A DNA stretch of 64,000 nucleotides from an uncultured Clostridia bacterium (GTDB taxonomy: Bacteria > Bacillota > Clostridia > Christensenellales > CAMQZB01). The notes beneath the pieces are model-generated. The model was not told where the DNA came from, ran no database searches, and saw only the letters and a program-made list of their open reading frames with translations. This document shows positions 9,325 through 17,918 of this stretch, piece after piece (position 1 is the first letter of the stretch; each line of letters begins with the position of its first letter). Where the stretch lies: contig CAYOSU010000005.1 of NCBI GenBank assembly GCA_964406735.1, forward strand, positions 11,407 through 75,406, written 5' to 3'. A program made the position numbers and the translations under genes.

Positions 9325-10065
9325 ATGTTAGAGCTAAAGAACGTAAGCAAAAGTTTCATACAGCAAGGCGAGCCGCTACACGCGTTGAACAACGTCTCCC
9401 TCACTATCGACGACGGTAAGATATTCGGCGTTATCGGTCTTTCGGGAGCCGGCAAATCGACGCTTCTGCGCTCTATTGCAGGTCTTGAAAAGATTGACAG
9501 CGGAGAGATACTCATCGACGGAGTAAACTTGAGCGAACTTAAAGGCGATGAGCTGAGAGTTTTCAGAAGCCGAATAGGCGTCGTTTTCCAAGGATTCAAC
9601 CTTTTGATGCAAAGAACGGTATTTGAAAATATCGCTTTCCCATTGAGGCTTTCGAAAACGCCAAAAGACATAATAAACGCTAAAGTAAACGAGCTTATCG
9701 AGCTTGTTGGACTTAAGGGCAAAGAAAAATCTTATCCTGCGGAGCTTTCCGGCGGACAAAAACAAAGAGTTGCGATAGCACGTTCTATCGCCGCAGACCC
9801 CAAGGTTTTGCTCCTTGACGAGGTCACCTCCGCACTCGACCCCTTAACGACAAAGCAAATATTGAACCTTCTCAAAGATATAAACGAAAAAAGCGGCGTT
9901 ACGATGGTATTTATCACTCACGAGATGGGCGTCGTTTCGGCGATATGCGACGAGCTTGCAGTGCTAAACTACGGAGTCGTCGAGGAATGCGGAAAGACGG
10001 CGGACGTACTTTCTAACCCGAAATCGGCTATAGCAAAATTATTACTCGGAAAGGAGCGTCAATAA
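9325..10065 (+). CDS. metN: methionine ABC transporter ATP-binding protein (short form without a C-terminal NIL domain)
   Basis: Walker A GLSGAGKSTLLR, signature LSGGQKQRVAIARS and Walker B LLLDEVTSALD. At 246 aa the protein ends soon after the ABC core. Confidence 0.85.
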   Translation: MLELKNVSKSFIQQGEPLHALNNVSLTIDDGKIFGVIGLSGAGKSTLLRSIAGLEKIDSGEILIDGVNLSELKGDELRVFRSRIGVVFQGFNLLMQRTVFENIAFPLRLSKTPKDIINAKVNELIELVGLKGKEKSYPAELSGGQKQRVAIARSIAADPKVLLLDEVTSALDPLTTKQILNLLKDINEKSGVTMVFITHEMGVVSAICDELAVLNYGVVEECGKTADVLSNPKSAIAKLLLGKERQ

Positions 10066-10066
10066 C

Positions 10067-10732
10067 ATGGAAAGGCTTATTTACCTATTTGATTACTACG
10101 ATATTTGGCTCGAAACGGGAAGAACGCTTCTGATGACCTTCGTTCCCGTAATACTTGCTTACGTTTTCGGTCTTCCGCTCGGAGTTTTGTGCGTCGTTAC
10201 CGACAAGGACGGCATCCGCCCAAATAATACGATAAATCAGATACTCAACGTCATCATTAACCTTGGAAGAAGTATCCCGTTCGTCATCATGGTGTGCATA
10301 CTCATTGGACTTACGAAAGCTATAATGGGAACGAGTCTTGGTTCGGCGGCAGCGTGCGTACCGCTAACAATCTCCTGCATTCCCTTTATCGCAAGAATAA
10401 CGGAGCAGTCCCTCAAGGAGATCGACAAAGGCGTTATCGACGCAGCAAAATGCATGGGCGCAACGGACTTTCAGATAATTACCAGAGTGTATTTGGTTGA
10501 GACTATCCCCTCTCTCGTAAGAGGCTTTGCCATCACTGCAGTAACGCTCGTCGGATATACCGCAATGAGCGGAACGATGGGCGCAGGCGGATTGGGCTAT
10601 CTTGCAGTCAAGTACGGATATGAAAGACATATTACCGACTTAATGTGGCTTTGCGTAGTGCTTATTATCGCACTCGTTGAAATAATTCAGCTGTTTATCG
10701 AGATTATCGCAAAGAGGATCGATAAAAAATAA
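10067..10732 (+). CDS. metI: methionine ABC transporter permease
   Basis: A 221-aa polytopic protein with the EAA-like loop IDKGVIDAAKCMGATDFQII. It starts 2 nt after metN. Confidence 0.85.
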   Translation: MERLIYLFDYYDIWLETGRTLLMTFVPVILAYVFGLPLGVLCVVTDKDGIRPNNTINQILNVIINLGRSIPFVIMVCILIGLTKAIMGTSLGSAAACVPLTISCIPFIARITEQSLKEIDKGVIDAAKCMGATDFQIITRVYLVETIPSLVRGFAITAVTLVGYTAMSGTMGAGGLGYLAVKYGYERHITDLMWLCVVLIIALVEIIQLFIEIIAKRIDKK

Positions 10733-10762
10733 TACGAAATAATTTTAAGGAGAAAATATATT

Positions 10763-11578
10763 ATGAAAAAGTTTTTGGCAATACTTCTCGTTTTAGTAAC
10801 GCTTCTCTCGTTCACCGCTTGCAACAACGGAACGGATGAGAAAACCATCGTCGTTGGAGCATCCTCTGCCCCTCACGCAGAAATTTTGAGACAGTGCGAG
10901 GAATATATCAAATCAAAGGGCTATACGCTTAAAATAGTTGAATATTCCGACTACGTTCAGCCTAACATCGCACTCGAAGACAAGAGCTTGGATGCAAACT
11001 ATTTCCAGCACGAGCCTTATCTGAATACTTTCTGCAAAGACCATGGATACACCGACTTGATCGTTGCCGCTAAGGTACATTTCGAGCCCTTAGGAATTTA
11101 TCTCGGCGGAAAAGGTAAAGATTTTAATTCATTAAAAGTCGGCGACCAGATAGCCGTTCCCGACGACGCAACAAACTGCGCAAGAGCATTACAGCTTTTA
11201 GCAACATACAACGTTATCGAGATAACCAACGACAAGGGTCTTGAAACGACTGTTAAGGATATCGATTCAAAAGGACTTGAAATTATTCCTTTGAGCGCAG
11301 AAACTATTGCAGCAAGACTTGACGAGCTTTCGTTCGCAGTTATCAACGGAAACTACGCAGTTGACTTTAAGATCACAGATAAGGTAGTTGCTCAAGAAGA
11401 TTCCGTATCAGTTGCAGCTAAAACTTATGCAAACATTATTGCTTGCCGTGAAGACAATAAAAACAGTGAAAAAATAACCGTTTTGATCGAGGCTTTGAAA
11501 CAGCAGAAGATCGCAGATTATATCACAAACAGCTACAACGGACTCGTTCTTCCTTACGACGAATTCTTCAAAAACTAA
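10763..11578 (+). CDS. metQ: MetQ/NlpA-family methionine-binding lipoprotein
   Basis: Lipobox LLSFTAC and NlpA-family features (ANYFQHEPYL, INGNYA). Confidence 0.85.
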   Translation: MKKFLAILLVLVTLLSFTACNNGTDEKTIVVGASSAPHAEILRQCEEYIKSKGYTLKIVEYSDYVQPNIALEDKSLDANYFQHEPYLNTFCKDHGYTDLIVAAKVHFEPLGIYLGGKGKDFNSLKVGDQIAVPDDATNCARALQLLATYNVIEITNDKGLETTVKDIDSKGLEIIPLSAETIAARLDELSFAVINGNYAVDFKITDKVVAQEDSVSVAAKTYANIIACREDNKNSEKITVLIEALKQQKIADYITNSYNGLVLPYDEFFKN

Positions 11579-11593
11579 AAACAAAATAATATT

Positions 11594-11623
11594 GGCGAGG
11601 ACCGATTTGGTCTTCGCCTTTTA
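11594..11623 (+). terminator. intrinsic terminator of metNIQ
   Basis: GGCGAGGACC (11594-11603) pairs with GGTCTTCGCC (11609-11618), followed by TTTT. Confidence 0.75.
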
Positions 11624-11767
11624 TTCTTCATGGTGCAAAATTGCAACTTTGTGGTAATCTGTGATTTTCGCGGCACAAGGAAGGGCGCTTCGGTCAGCCG
11701 CTAAAAACGAGGCCTCATGGACTGTTTTCTTAACGCTTTTGTTCGAGTCCCCCCCTATATCTTTTAC

Positions 11768-11803
11768 AAAACAAAAAAGAAGCCAAAGCTTCTTTTTCGT
11801 TTT
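11768..11803. terminator. palindromic bidirectional terminator-like hairpin (repeat copy 1)
   Basis: AAAACAAAAAAGAAGC-caaa-GCTTCTTTTTCGTTTT, with one mismatch relative to copy 2. Confidence 0.5.
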
Positions 11804-11925
11804 GGCGCACCCAGGGGGACTCGCTCTTGCGCGGCACAAGGAAGCCGCGCTTCGGTCAGCCGCTAAAAACAGTCCACTGGACTGTTTTCTTAACGCTTTT
11901 GTTCGAGTCCCCCTATATCTTTTAC

Positions 11926-11961
11926 AAAACAAAAAAGAAGCCAAAGCTTCTTTTTTGTTTT
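11926..11961. terminator. perfect 16-bp palindromic bidirectional terminator abutting the tRNA-Arg CCA end
   Basis: AAAACAAAAAAGAAGC-caaa-GCTTCTTTTTTGTTTT. On the minus strand it begins immediately after the tRNA CCA end and ends in a U-tract. Confidence 0.7.
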
Positions 11962-12037
11962 GGCGCACCCAGGGGGACTCGAACCCTAAGCCTTTGGTTC
12001 CGTAGACCAACGCTCTATCCAATTGAGCTATGGGTGC
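11961..12037 (-). tRNA. tRNA-Arg (anticodon ACG), CCA-encoded, with an unusually weak T stem
   Basis: Hand-folded 77-nt cloverleaf: acceptor GCACCCA/TGGGTGC, D arm GCTC-AATTGGATA-GAGC, anticodon arm TTGGT-CTACGGA-ACCAA, T loop TTCGAGT, discriminator G plus CCA. The T stem TAGGG/CCCCC has only three Watson-Crick pairs. Confidence 0.75.
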
Positions 12038-12201
12038 ATATATGAACTTTTTCAAGCCTATTTATTATATATATTTGAAAAAGTTTTGTCAAATCATAAA
12101 GGGGCTATTTTACTCTCTTTTTAGATTATTTTTCAATTTTTAGATTATCGATCTATTTTTGGCGAAGAAGTTAACGATTTTATCAACAGCCTTAATAAAA
12201 G

Positions 12202-12230
12202 TTGACAAATTTGTTATCCTTTGATATTAT
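12202..12230 (+). promoter_or_regulatory. sigma-A-type promoter (extended -10) for the pnuC leader
   Basis: TTGACA (12202-12207), a 17-nt spacer, then TGaTATTAT (-10 at 12225-12230). Confidence 0.6.
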
Positions 12231-12239
12231 AACATAAAG

Positions 12240-12345
12240 TTAAATATCTGTTGCCACCGGGTAACGCAAGATGCATCGGCATTCGAGTTTTTCGTCGTTA
12301 GGTCTTTGAAGACGAAAAGCACGGGTGCTTATTTTATTTTTGTGA
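12240..12345 (+). promoter_or_regulatory. structured 5' leader with a terminator-like hairpin upstream of pnuC (unassigned attenuator or riboswitch candidate)
   Basis: Hairpins GTTGCC/GGTAAC and GATGC/GCATT, the 8-bp hairpin TTTTCGTC/GACGAAAA (12289-12318), then AAGCAC-GG-GTGCTT (12317-12330) plus ATTTTATTTTT directly before the GAGGAG Shine-Dalgarno. Confidence 0.35.
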
Positions 12346-12351
12346 GGAGTT

Positions 12352-13080
12352 ATGAAAAACGCAATCAAAAAAATTATCAATTATTTTACACTTGGAGAGA
12401 TAATACTATTTCTATCAACCATTATCTCTATTACAGTCTATTATTTTTTATTCGACGGGCAAAATCACCTTACGTTTATCGCTTCTATAATCGGTGCGAC
12501 GTCGCTTATTTTTAACGCCAAGGGGAACCCTATCGGCCAAGCACTCATGATCGTCTTCAGCATTTTATACGGCATAATATCCTACTCTTTTTCCTATTAC
12601 GGAGAGATGATCACTTACCTTTTGATGACAATGCCGATGGCGGCGTTTTCACTCATTTCATGGCTGAAAAACCCGTTTAACGGTAAATCGAGCGAGGTCG
12701 AAGTAAATTCTCTTTCCAAAAAAGAATACGCCTTTATGTTCACAATTTCGCTCATAGTAACCTTTGGTTTTTACTTCATATTAAAGTATTTTAATACTGC
12801 AAATCTCGTCCCAAGCACTATTTCCGTTACGACAAGCTTTATTGGCGTTTATCTCACGTTCATGAGAAGTCCTTATTACGCACTCGGATACGCCGCCAAC
12901 GATGTCGTTCTGATAATCCTTTGGATACTTGCAAGCATCGAGAATATATCTTACATCTCAGTCGTCGTTTGCTTCATCGCTTTTTTAGTCAACGACCTAT
13001 ACGGCTTTTTTGCTTGGAAAAAGCTACATGACAGGCAAAAGAAGCTTAAAGAGACTTCTTTTGAAAAAAGCGGCGTTTAG
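12352..13080 (+). CDS. pnuC: PnuC-family nicotinamide riboside (or related vitamin) transporter
   Basis: A 242-aa protein with about 7-8 TM segments. Pattern typical of PnuC (NAKGNPIGQ, WLKNPF, AANDVVLIILW). Confidence 0.75.
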   Translation: MKNAIKKIINYFTLGEIILFLSTIISITVYYFLFDGQNHLTFIASIIGATSLIFNAKGNPIGQALMIVFSILYGIISYSFSYYGEMITYLLMTMPMAAFSLISWLKNPFNGKSSEVEVNSLSKKEYAFMFTISLIVTFGFYFILKYFNTANLVPSTISVTTSFIGVYLTFMRSPYYALGYAANDVVLIILWILASIENISYISVVVCFIAFLVNDLYGFFAWKKLHDRQKKLKETSFEKSGV

Positions 13081-13224
13081 TCCATATAAAACGAATATTT
13101 TTTCATAAAACAGTTTACTTATCAGCGATATTTTGATAAAATCTATGTATTGGCAAACATATTTGCCGATACCACCCAAAATGGCTACTACGCTATTTTT
13201 ACATAAAACAGTTGAGAGGTAAAC

Positions 13225-14079
13225 ATGAACATTAAGATCACTTCGGATTCCACTTGCGACCTTAGCCAAGAGATACTCCAAAAGCACAATATCGACGTAT
13301 TACCGCTTTATATCGTTATCGACGGCGTTGCTCACAGAGACGGAATCGACATTAAAAAAGAGGACATTTTTAACTACGTTGACAACGAGTTCGCAAAAAC
13401 GGGTGTTATGCCTAAATCTGCGGCTATTAACGTTGAGGATTATATCGGATACTTCACCCCTCTTTCCAAAGAGTACGATGCAGTTATCCACGTTAATATC
13501 TCATCTGACTTTTCGAGCTGCTACCAGAACGCTTGCATGGCAGCAAAGGAATTCAACAACGTTTACGTCGTAGATTCGAGAAACCTTTCCTCCGGTCAGG
13601 GCCATGTCGTTCTTAACGCCGCACTTATGGCTGAGCAGGGACTCGCTCCTCAGGAGATCGTAGACAAGCTCAACGACCTCACCAAGAGAGTCGAAGCAAG
13701 CTTCGTTATCGACAGAATGGACTACTTGCAGAAAGGCGGCAGATGTTCTTCCCTTCTTGCTATCGCCGCAAAAGTCGCTCGCATCAAGCCCTCCATCAAC
13801 GTTATCGACGGCAAGATGGCAGTAGGCAAAAAGTATATGGGAACGTTTACCTTCGCACTTAAAAAATACGTTGAGGACAGACTTAAAGATCGTGACGATA
13901 TTATGACGGACAGGATCTTTATCACCCACCCCGTTTGCTCTCCCGAGATCGTCGAGATGGTAAGAGAAGAGATCAAAAAGTACGCCGACTTTGACGAGAT
14001 AATCGAGACTACCGCAGGAAGCACTATTTCCACCCATTGCGGTCCTTATACACTCGGTATTTTGTTCGTAAGAAAATAA
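13225..14079 (+). CDS. DegV-family fatty-acid-binding protein
   Basis: N-terminus MNIKITSDSTCDL, the 284-aa length, and ISSDFSSCYQNA and GSTISTHCGP typical of DegV. Confidence 0.85.
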   Translation: MNIKITSDSTCDLSQEILQKHNIDVLPLYIVIDGVAHRDGIDIKKEDIFNYVDNEFAKTGVMPKSAAINVEDYIGYFTPLSKEYDAVIHVNISSDFSSCYQNACMAAKEFNNVYVVDSRNLSSGQGHVVLNAALMAEQGLAPQEIVDKLNDLTKRVEASFVIDRMDYLQKGGRCSSLLAIAAKVARIKPSINVIDGKMAVGKKYMGTFTFALKKYVEDRLKDRDDIMTDRIFITHPVCSPEIVEMVREEIKKYADFDEIIETTAGSTISTHCGPYTLGILFVRK

Positions 14080-14096
14080 AATATAGATTTTATGCC

Positions 14097-14127
14097 AAAA
14101 AGCCGCATTTCAACTGCGGCTTTTATT
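14097..14127 (+). terminator. intrinsic terminator after degV
   Basis: AAAAGCCGCA ... TGCGGCTTTT followed by ATT. Confidence 0.7.
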
Positions 14128-14189
14128 GCGTTTTATTCCAAGTTTTGGTATAATTTTGTTAATATACACTTGATTAGAGGTATGACTTT

Positions 14190-16613
14190 ATGGATATGAT
14201 CTCAGTTGAAAAGAAATGGCAAAAAAGGTGGAGCGAAACGAAGGCTAACGCCTTTGACAAATCCAACCCCGACAATAAGTATTACATGCTCGAAATGTTC
14301 TCTTATCCCTCGGGTGCTAAGCTACACTGCGGACATTGGTACAACTTTGCTCCCGCAGACACCTTTGCAAGATATATGAAGATGAAAGGCAAGAACGTAT
14401 TCCAGCCTATGGGCTTCGATGCGTTCGGTCTTCCTGCGGAAAACTATGCTATCAAAACTGGCATCCACCCCAAGGATTCTACGCTCAAAAACGTCGAGAC
14501 CATGGAAAGACAGCTTTCCGAGATGGGAGCTATGTACGATTGGGACAACGAGGTAATTACTTGCAATCCCGATTACTACAAGTGGACGCAGTGGATGTTC
14601 TTGCAGCTTTATAAAAAAGGACTTGCTTACAGAAAGGAAGCACCCGTTAACTGGTGTCCCTCTTGCCAAACCGTTCTTGCTAACGAACAGGTAAAAGAAG
14701 GTCTTTGCGAGCGTTGCGGCTCTGTAGTTACTAGAAAGAACCTTACGCAGTGGTTCTTTAAGATAACGGACTACGCCGAAGAGCTTTTGCAAGGACTTGA
14801 CGGACTCGACTGGCCCGAAAAGACCAAGCTCATGCAGAAAAACTGGATAGGTAAGTCTACGGGCGGAGAGATCGTCTTCGACACCGACTGTGGCGAACAG
14901 GTTACTGTATTTACCACCCACGCCGAAACTATTTTCGGCTCTACCTTTATGGTAATTGCACCCGAGCATAAGCTCATTCACAAGCTCACCACCCCCGAGC
15001 ACAAAGAAGAAGTCGAGGCTTATATCAAAAAAGCCGCAGAATCAACGGAAATCGAGCGTCAGTCTACTACGCGCGAGAAAACGGGTGTTTTCACAGGCTC
15101 TTACGCAATCAACCCCTTGAACGGAGTAAAAATTCCTATCTTTGCCGCCGACTACGTTATAGCAACTTACGGAACGGGTTGCGTTATGGGTGTTCCCGGA
15201 CACGACGAAAGAGACTTCCAATTCGCTAAGAAATACGGTCTCGATATTCCCAAAGTCGTAAGTAAGGGCGATCCTAACGAAGAGCTCCCCATTATTGCCG
15301 AGGGTAACCTCGTGAACTCGGGCAAATACGACGGAATGTCTATCCCCGAGGGCGCAAAAGCTATACTTTCCGACCTTGAAGCTATTGGACACGGCAAATT
15401 CAAAGTAAATTACCGTCTCCGTGATTGGTTGGTATCACGTCAGCGTTATTGGGGTGCACCTATTCCTATCATCTATTGCGATCACTGCGGCGAAGTTCCC
15501 GTTCCTGAAAAGGATCTTCCCGTTGAGCTTCCTTATAACGTAGAATTCAAGCCCGACGGCAAATCTCCTCTTGCTAAGTGCGAGGAATATATGAACACCG
15601 TCTGCCCTATCTGCGGAAGACCTGCAAGAAGAGATCCCGATACGCTCGATACATTCGTATGCTCAAGCTGGTATTTCTTACGCTATCCCGACAACAAAAA
15701 CGCAGATATGCCTTTCTCGCCAGAGGTAGTTAACAAGATGCTCCCCGTAGACAAATACGTCGGCGGTGCAGAGCACGCTTGCATGCACCTTTTGTACGCA
15801 CGTTTCTTTACTAAGGCGTTGAGAGATATGGGTTACCTTAACTTCGACGAGCCGTTCAAGTCCCTCATTCACCAGGGCATGATCTTAGGTCCTGACCACG
15901 AGAAGATGAGTAAGTCGCGCGGAAACGTCGTTTCGCCCGATCCGTACGTTCAGAAGCTCGGCTCAGACGTTTTCAGAATGTACCTTATGTTCAATTACTC
16001 ATTCACCGAAGGCGGCGCATGGTCGGACGATGGCATCAAGCCAGTTTCCAAGTTCCTTGAAAGGGTTGAAAAACTCGTTTTGAGAAGCATCAACGCCGTT
16101 GATGCTGCCCCCGATAAGAAGTGCGACGAGGACCTTGAATTCGTACTCCACAACACGATCAAGTCGTGCGACAGAGACCTTGGCAACTTCTCTTTCAATA
16201 CGGCAATAGCAAGGCTTATGGAGCTTGTAAACGCACTATATAAGTACGAGTCAGACGGACACATCAACGCCGAAGTATTCAAAAATACTTGCAAGACGTT
16301 AGTGCTCCTCATTGCCCCTCTCGCTCCGCATTTTGGCGAAGAATTGTGGGAAACTCTCGGCGGTGAGTATTCGGTCTTCCAGCAGAAATATCCCGAATTT
16401 GACGAGAAAAAAGCCGTTAAAGCAGAGGTCGAGATCGTCGTTCAGGTGAACAGCAAGATCAAGGCTAAGACGTTCGTTCCTACCGATGCTAACGAGGACG
16501 AAGTTCTTGCGATCGCTGTCGAGAACGAAGAGATCAAGCCCCTTATCGACGGAAAGACAATCGTTAAACATATTTTCGTCAAAGGAAGACTTATCAATTT
16601 GATAGTAAGATAA
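14190..16613 (+). CDS. leuS: leucine--tRNA ligase
   Basis: An 807-aa class I synthetase with the HIGH-type motif (HCGHWYN) and KMSKSRGN. The CP1 editing region and zinc-binding Cys pairs are present. Confidence 0.95.
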   Translation: MDMISVEKKWQKRWSETKANAFDKSNPDNKYYMLEMFSYPSGAKLHCGHWYNFAPADTFARYMKMKGKNVFQPMGFDAFGLPAENYAIKTGIHPKDSTLKNVETMERQLSEMGAMYDWDNEVITCNPDYYKWTQWMFLQLYKKGLAYRKEAPVNWCPSCQTVLANEQVKEGLCERCGSVVTRKNLTQWFFKITDYAEELLQGLDGLDWPEKTKLMQKNWIGKSTGGEIVFDTDCGEQVTVFTTHAETIFGSTFMVIAPEHKLIHKLTTPEHKEEVEAYIKKAAESTEIERQSTTREKTGVFTGSYAINPLNGVKIPIFAADYVIATYGTGCVMGVPGHDERDFQFAKKYGLDIPKVVSKGDPNEELPIIAEGNLVNSGKYDGMSIPEGAKAILSDLEAIGHGKFKVNYRLRDWLVSRQRYWGAPIPIIYCDHCGEVPVPEKDLPVELPYNVEFKPDGKSPLAKCEEYMNTVCPICGRPARRDPDTLDTFVCSSWYFLRYPDNKNADMPFSPEVVNKMLPVDKYVGGAEHACMHLLYARFFTKALRDMGYLNFDEPFKSLIHQGMILGPDHEKMSKSRGNVVSPDPYVQKLGSDVFRMYLMFNYSFTEGGAWSDDGIKPVSKFLERVEKLVLRSINAVDAAPDKKCDEDLEFVLHNTIKSCDRDLGNFSFNTAIARLMELVNALYKYESDGHINAEVFKNTCKTLVLLIAPLAPHFGEELWETLGGEYSVFQQKYPEFDEKKAVKAEVEIVVQVNSKIKAKTFVPTDANEDEVLAIAVENEEIKPLIDGKTIVKHIFVKGRLINLIVR

Positions 16614-16619
16614 CTTTTC

Positions 16620-16648
16620 GGGGCTTCTTTTGAAGCCCTTATTTTTTA
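16620..16648 (+). terminator. intrinsic terminator after leuS (possibly leaky)
   Basis: GGGGCTTC-TTTT-GAAGCCC followed by TTATTTTTTATT. It overlaps the ORF-track start of the next gene, which argues for the ATG at 16651. Confidence 0.65.
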
Positions 16649-16650
16649 TT

Positions 16651-17373
16651 ATGCACGACATCGAAAGACTATTAGAAAAACTCAATTCTGACAAAGATCA
16701 AAACTTTGCCGTACTTTCCGCTATTGACAAATCGCAAGTTTCAGATATAATATATCATGAAGAGGGCGTTTGCGTGCTGTTATCGGACGATAAAGGATAC
16801 GGAACATATTATATCGTCCATAAAAACAAGGCTACTCTCGATTATTTTTTGAGCGTTATCGGAAAGGGCGTTGAGCTATTCGTCGCAAACTACAACGAAA
16901 GCGAGTGGAAAGGTTTCGAGTTTGAATGGTGTTCCGTTTGCCACCAGTTCGTCTACCCTACTACGACGTTAGAAGAATGCGATATAAACGGTATACACTT
17001 TTCAAGGCTTTTGGAAAAGGACTATTCTTTAGCGCACGATACTTATACTTTCGGTGCGGCTATCTCCTTGGAAGAATTTTCAGAACACATCAAAAACGGC
17101 TTTTCAGTGGCAGCCTACAACCAAAACGAGGAGCTTTGCGGATTTATCGGTACGCACAGCGACGGAAGTATGGGAATGCTCGAAGTCTTGCCTGAGTATC
17201 GCAGACAGCATATCGGTGAGGAGCTTGAACGGAGACTTATCAACGAGATAATCAAAAGTGGAAAAACGCCTTTTTGCCACGTCGTTTTCGGCAATGAAAA
17301 GTCGTTTAATCTTCAATTAAAGCTCGGCGGAAGGTGTTGTCATAGCCTTATCGCATTTTTAGGACTTAAATGA
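16651..17373 (+). CDS. GNAT-family N-acetyltransferase with an unknown N-terminal extension
   Basis: The C-terminal half has a GNAT core pattern (GMLEVLPEYRRQHIGEELERRLI). I do not recognise the N-terminal 120 aa or so. Confidence 0.6.
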   Translation: MHDIERLLEKLNSDKDQNFAVLSAIDKSQVSDIIYHEEGVCVLLSDDKGYGTYYIVHKNKATLDYFLSVIGKGVELFVANYNESEWKGFEFEWCSVCHQFVYPTTTLEECDINGIHFSRLLEKDYSLAHDTYTFGAAISLEEFSEHIKNGFSVAAYNQNEELCGFIGTHSDGSMGMLEVLPEYRRQHIGEELERRLINEIIKSGKTPFCHVVFGNEKSFNLQLKLGGRCCHSLIAFLGLK

Positions 17374-17918
17374 ACGCATTTGAAACAGAAAACTTGATAG
17401 TAAGACCTTATAAACCGTCAGATTACGCTTTGTGGAAAGAGGGAAACGACAACAGATTGCCGCCGCAGAACGAATTTGACGTAGGACGTATCGAAAACAC
17501 AGATAAGGTGTATTTTTACGACTTTCTCTCCTTTCTCGGCGAGATGAAGCGAAAAGACAAGATGTACGTCTTTGCGGCGTTTGAAAAGGAAAGCGGAAAG
17601 CACGTCGGCGTTCTTGAATTCTCGATACTTCTCAGAAACGGCTTCGATTGGGGGCTTTTCGGCATCTCTATCCACAATCAATTCTGGAACAAAGGCTACG
17701 GAAAAGAGCTTACCGAGCTTGCTATTAAGATATCTCCGAACCTCGGTATTATGCGGCTTGAATGCGATATTGAAACAAACAACGAAAGAAGCAAGCGAAT
17801 GATACGGAGATTCGGCTTCGATTATGAAGGAAAGCGAAAGAATTTTTATAATAACGGCGAATCTTACGTCGATATGGACGTTTTTACAAAGATATTAAGA
17901 GGGAAAAGCAATGAGTAA
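17370..17918 (+). CDS. GNAT-family N-acetyltransferase (RimJ/RimL-like)
   Basis: Pattern LIVRPYKPSDY...WNKGYGKELTELAIK...RMIRRFGFDYEG is typical of Acetyltransf_3/RimL. The gene overlaps its upstream neighbour by 4 nt. Confidence 0.8.
   Translation: MNAFETENLIVRPYKPSDYALWKEGNDNRLPPQNEFDVGRIENTDKVYFYDFLSFLGEMKRKDKMYVFAAFEKESGKHVGVLEFSILLRNGFDWGLFGISIHNQFWNKGYGKELTELAIKISPNLGIMRLECDIETNNERSKRMIRRFGFDYEGKRKNFYNNGESYVDMDVFTKILRGKSNE

Larger units (their letters stand above)
11669..11981. repeat. two tandem copies (155 and 152 bp, period about 158-161 bp) of a structured unit that ends in a 21-nt copy of the tRNA-Arg 3' end
   Basis: Direct comparison of 11669-11823 with 11830-11981. Each unit has GC-rich hairpins, GTTCGAGTCCCCC (the tRNA T-arm sequence in inverted orientation), TATATCTTTTAC, a 36-bp A/T-flanked palindrome and TGGCGCACCCAGGGGGACTCG. 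The second 21-mer is the real tRNA 3' end. Confidence 0.9.

Noticed and set aside
11669-11981. Possibility that the repeat units are SRP (4.5S-like) RNA or plus-strand tRNA genes
   Set aside because: AAGGAAGC...UUCGGUCAG superficially recalls the SRP helix 8 GGUCAGGUCCGGAAGGAAGCAGC, but the element order is reversed and the symmetric and asymmetric loops are absent. A plus-strand cloverleaf fails because no acceptor or T stem pairing can be drawn.
11621-12055. ORF-track ORFs of 144 aa (minus strand) and 114/72 aa (plus strand) spanning the tRNA-Arg gene and the tandem repeat
   Set aside because: They read straight through a tRNA gene, two palindromic terminators and duplicated non-coding units. 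The 'protein' repeats merely mirror the DNA repeat. They have no Shine-Dalgarno and no protein-like composition.
12240-12345. Assignment of the pnuC leader to the NAD+-II (pnuC motif), TPP, FMN or preQ1 riboswitch classes
   Set aside because: The signature sequences I remember for these classes (repeated ACANCCCC; CUGAGA/ACCUGAUCUGG; and the others) are not present. It is kept only as an unassigned attenuator candidate.
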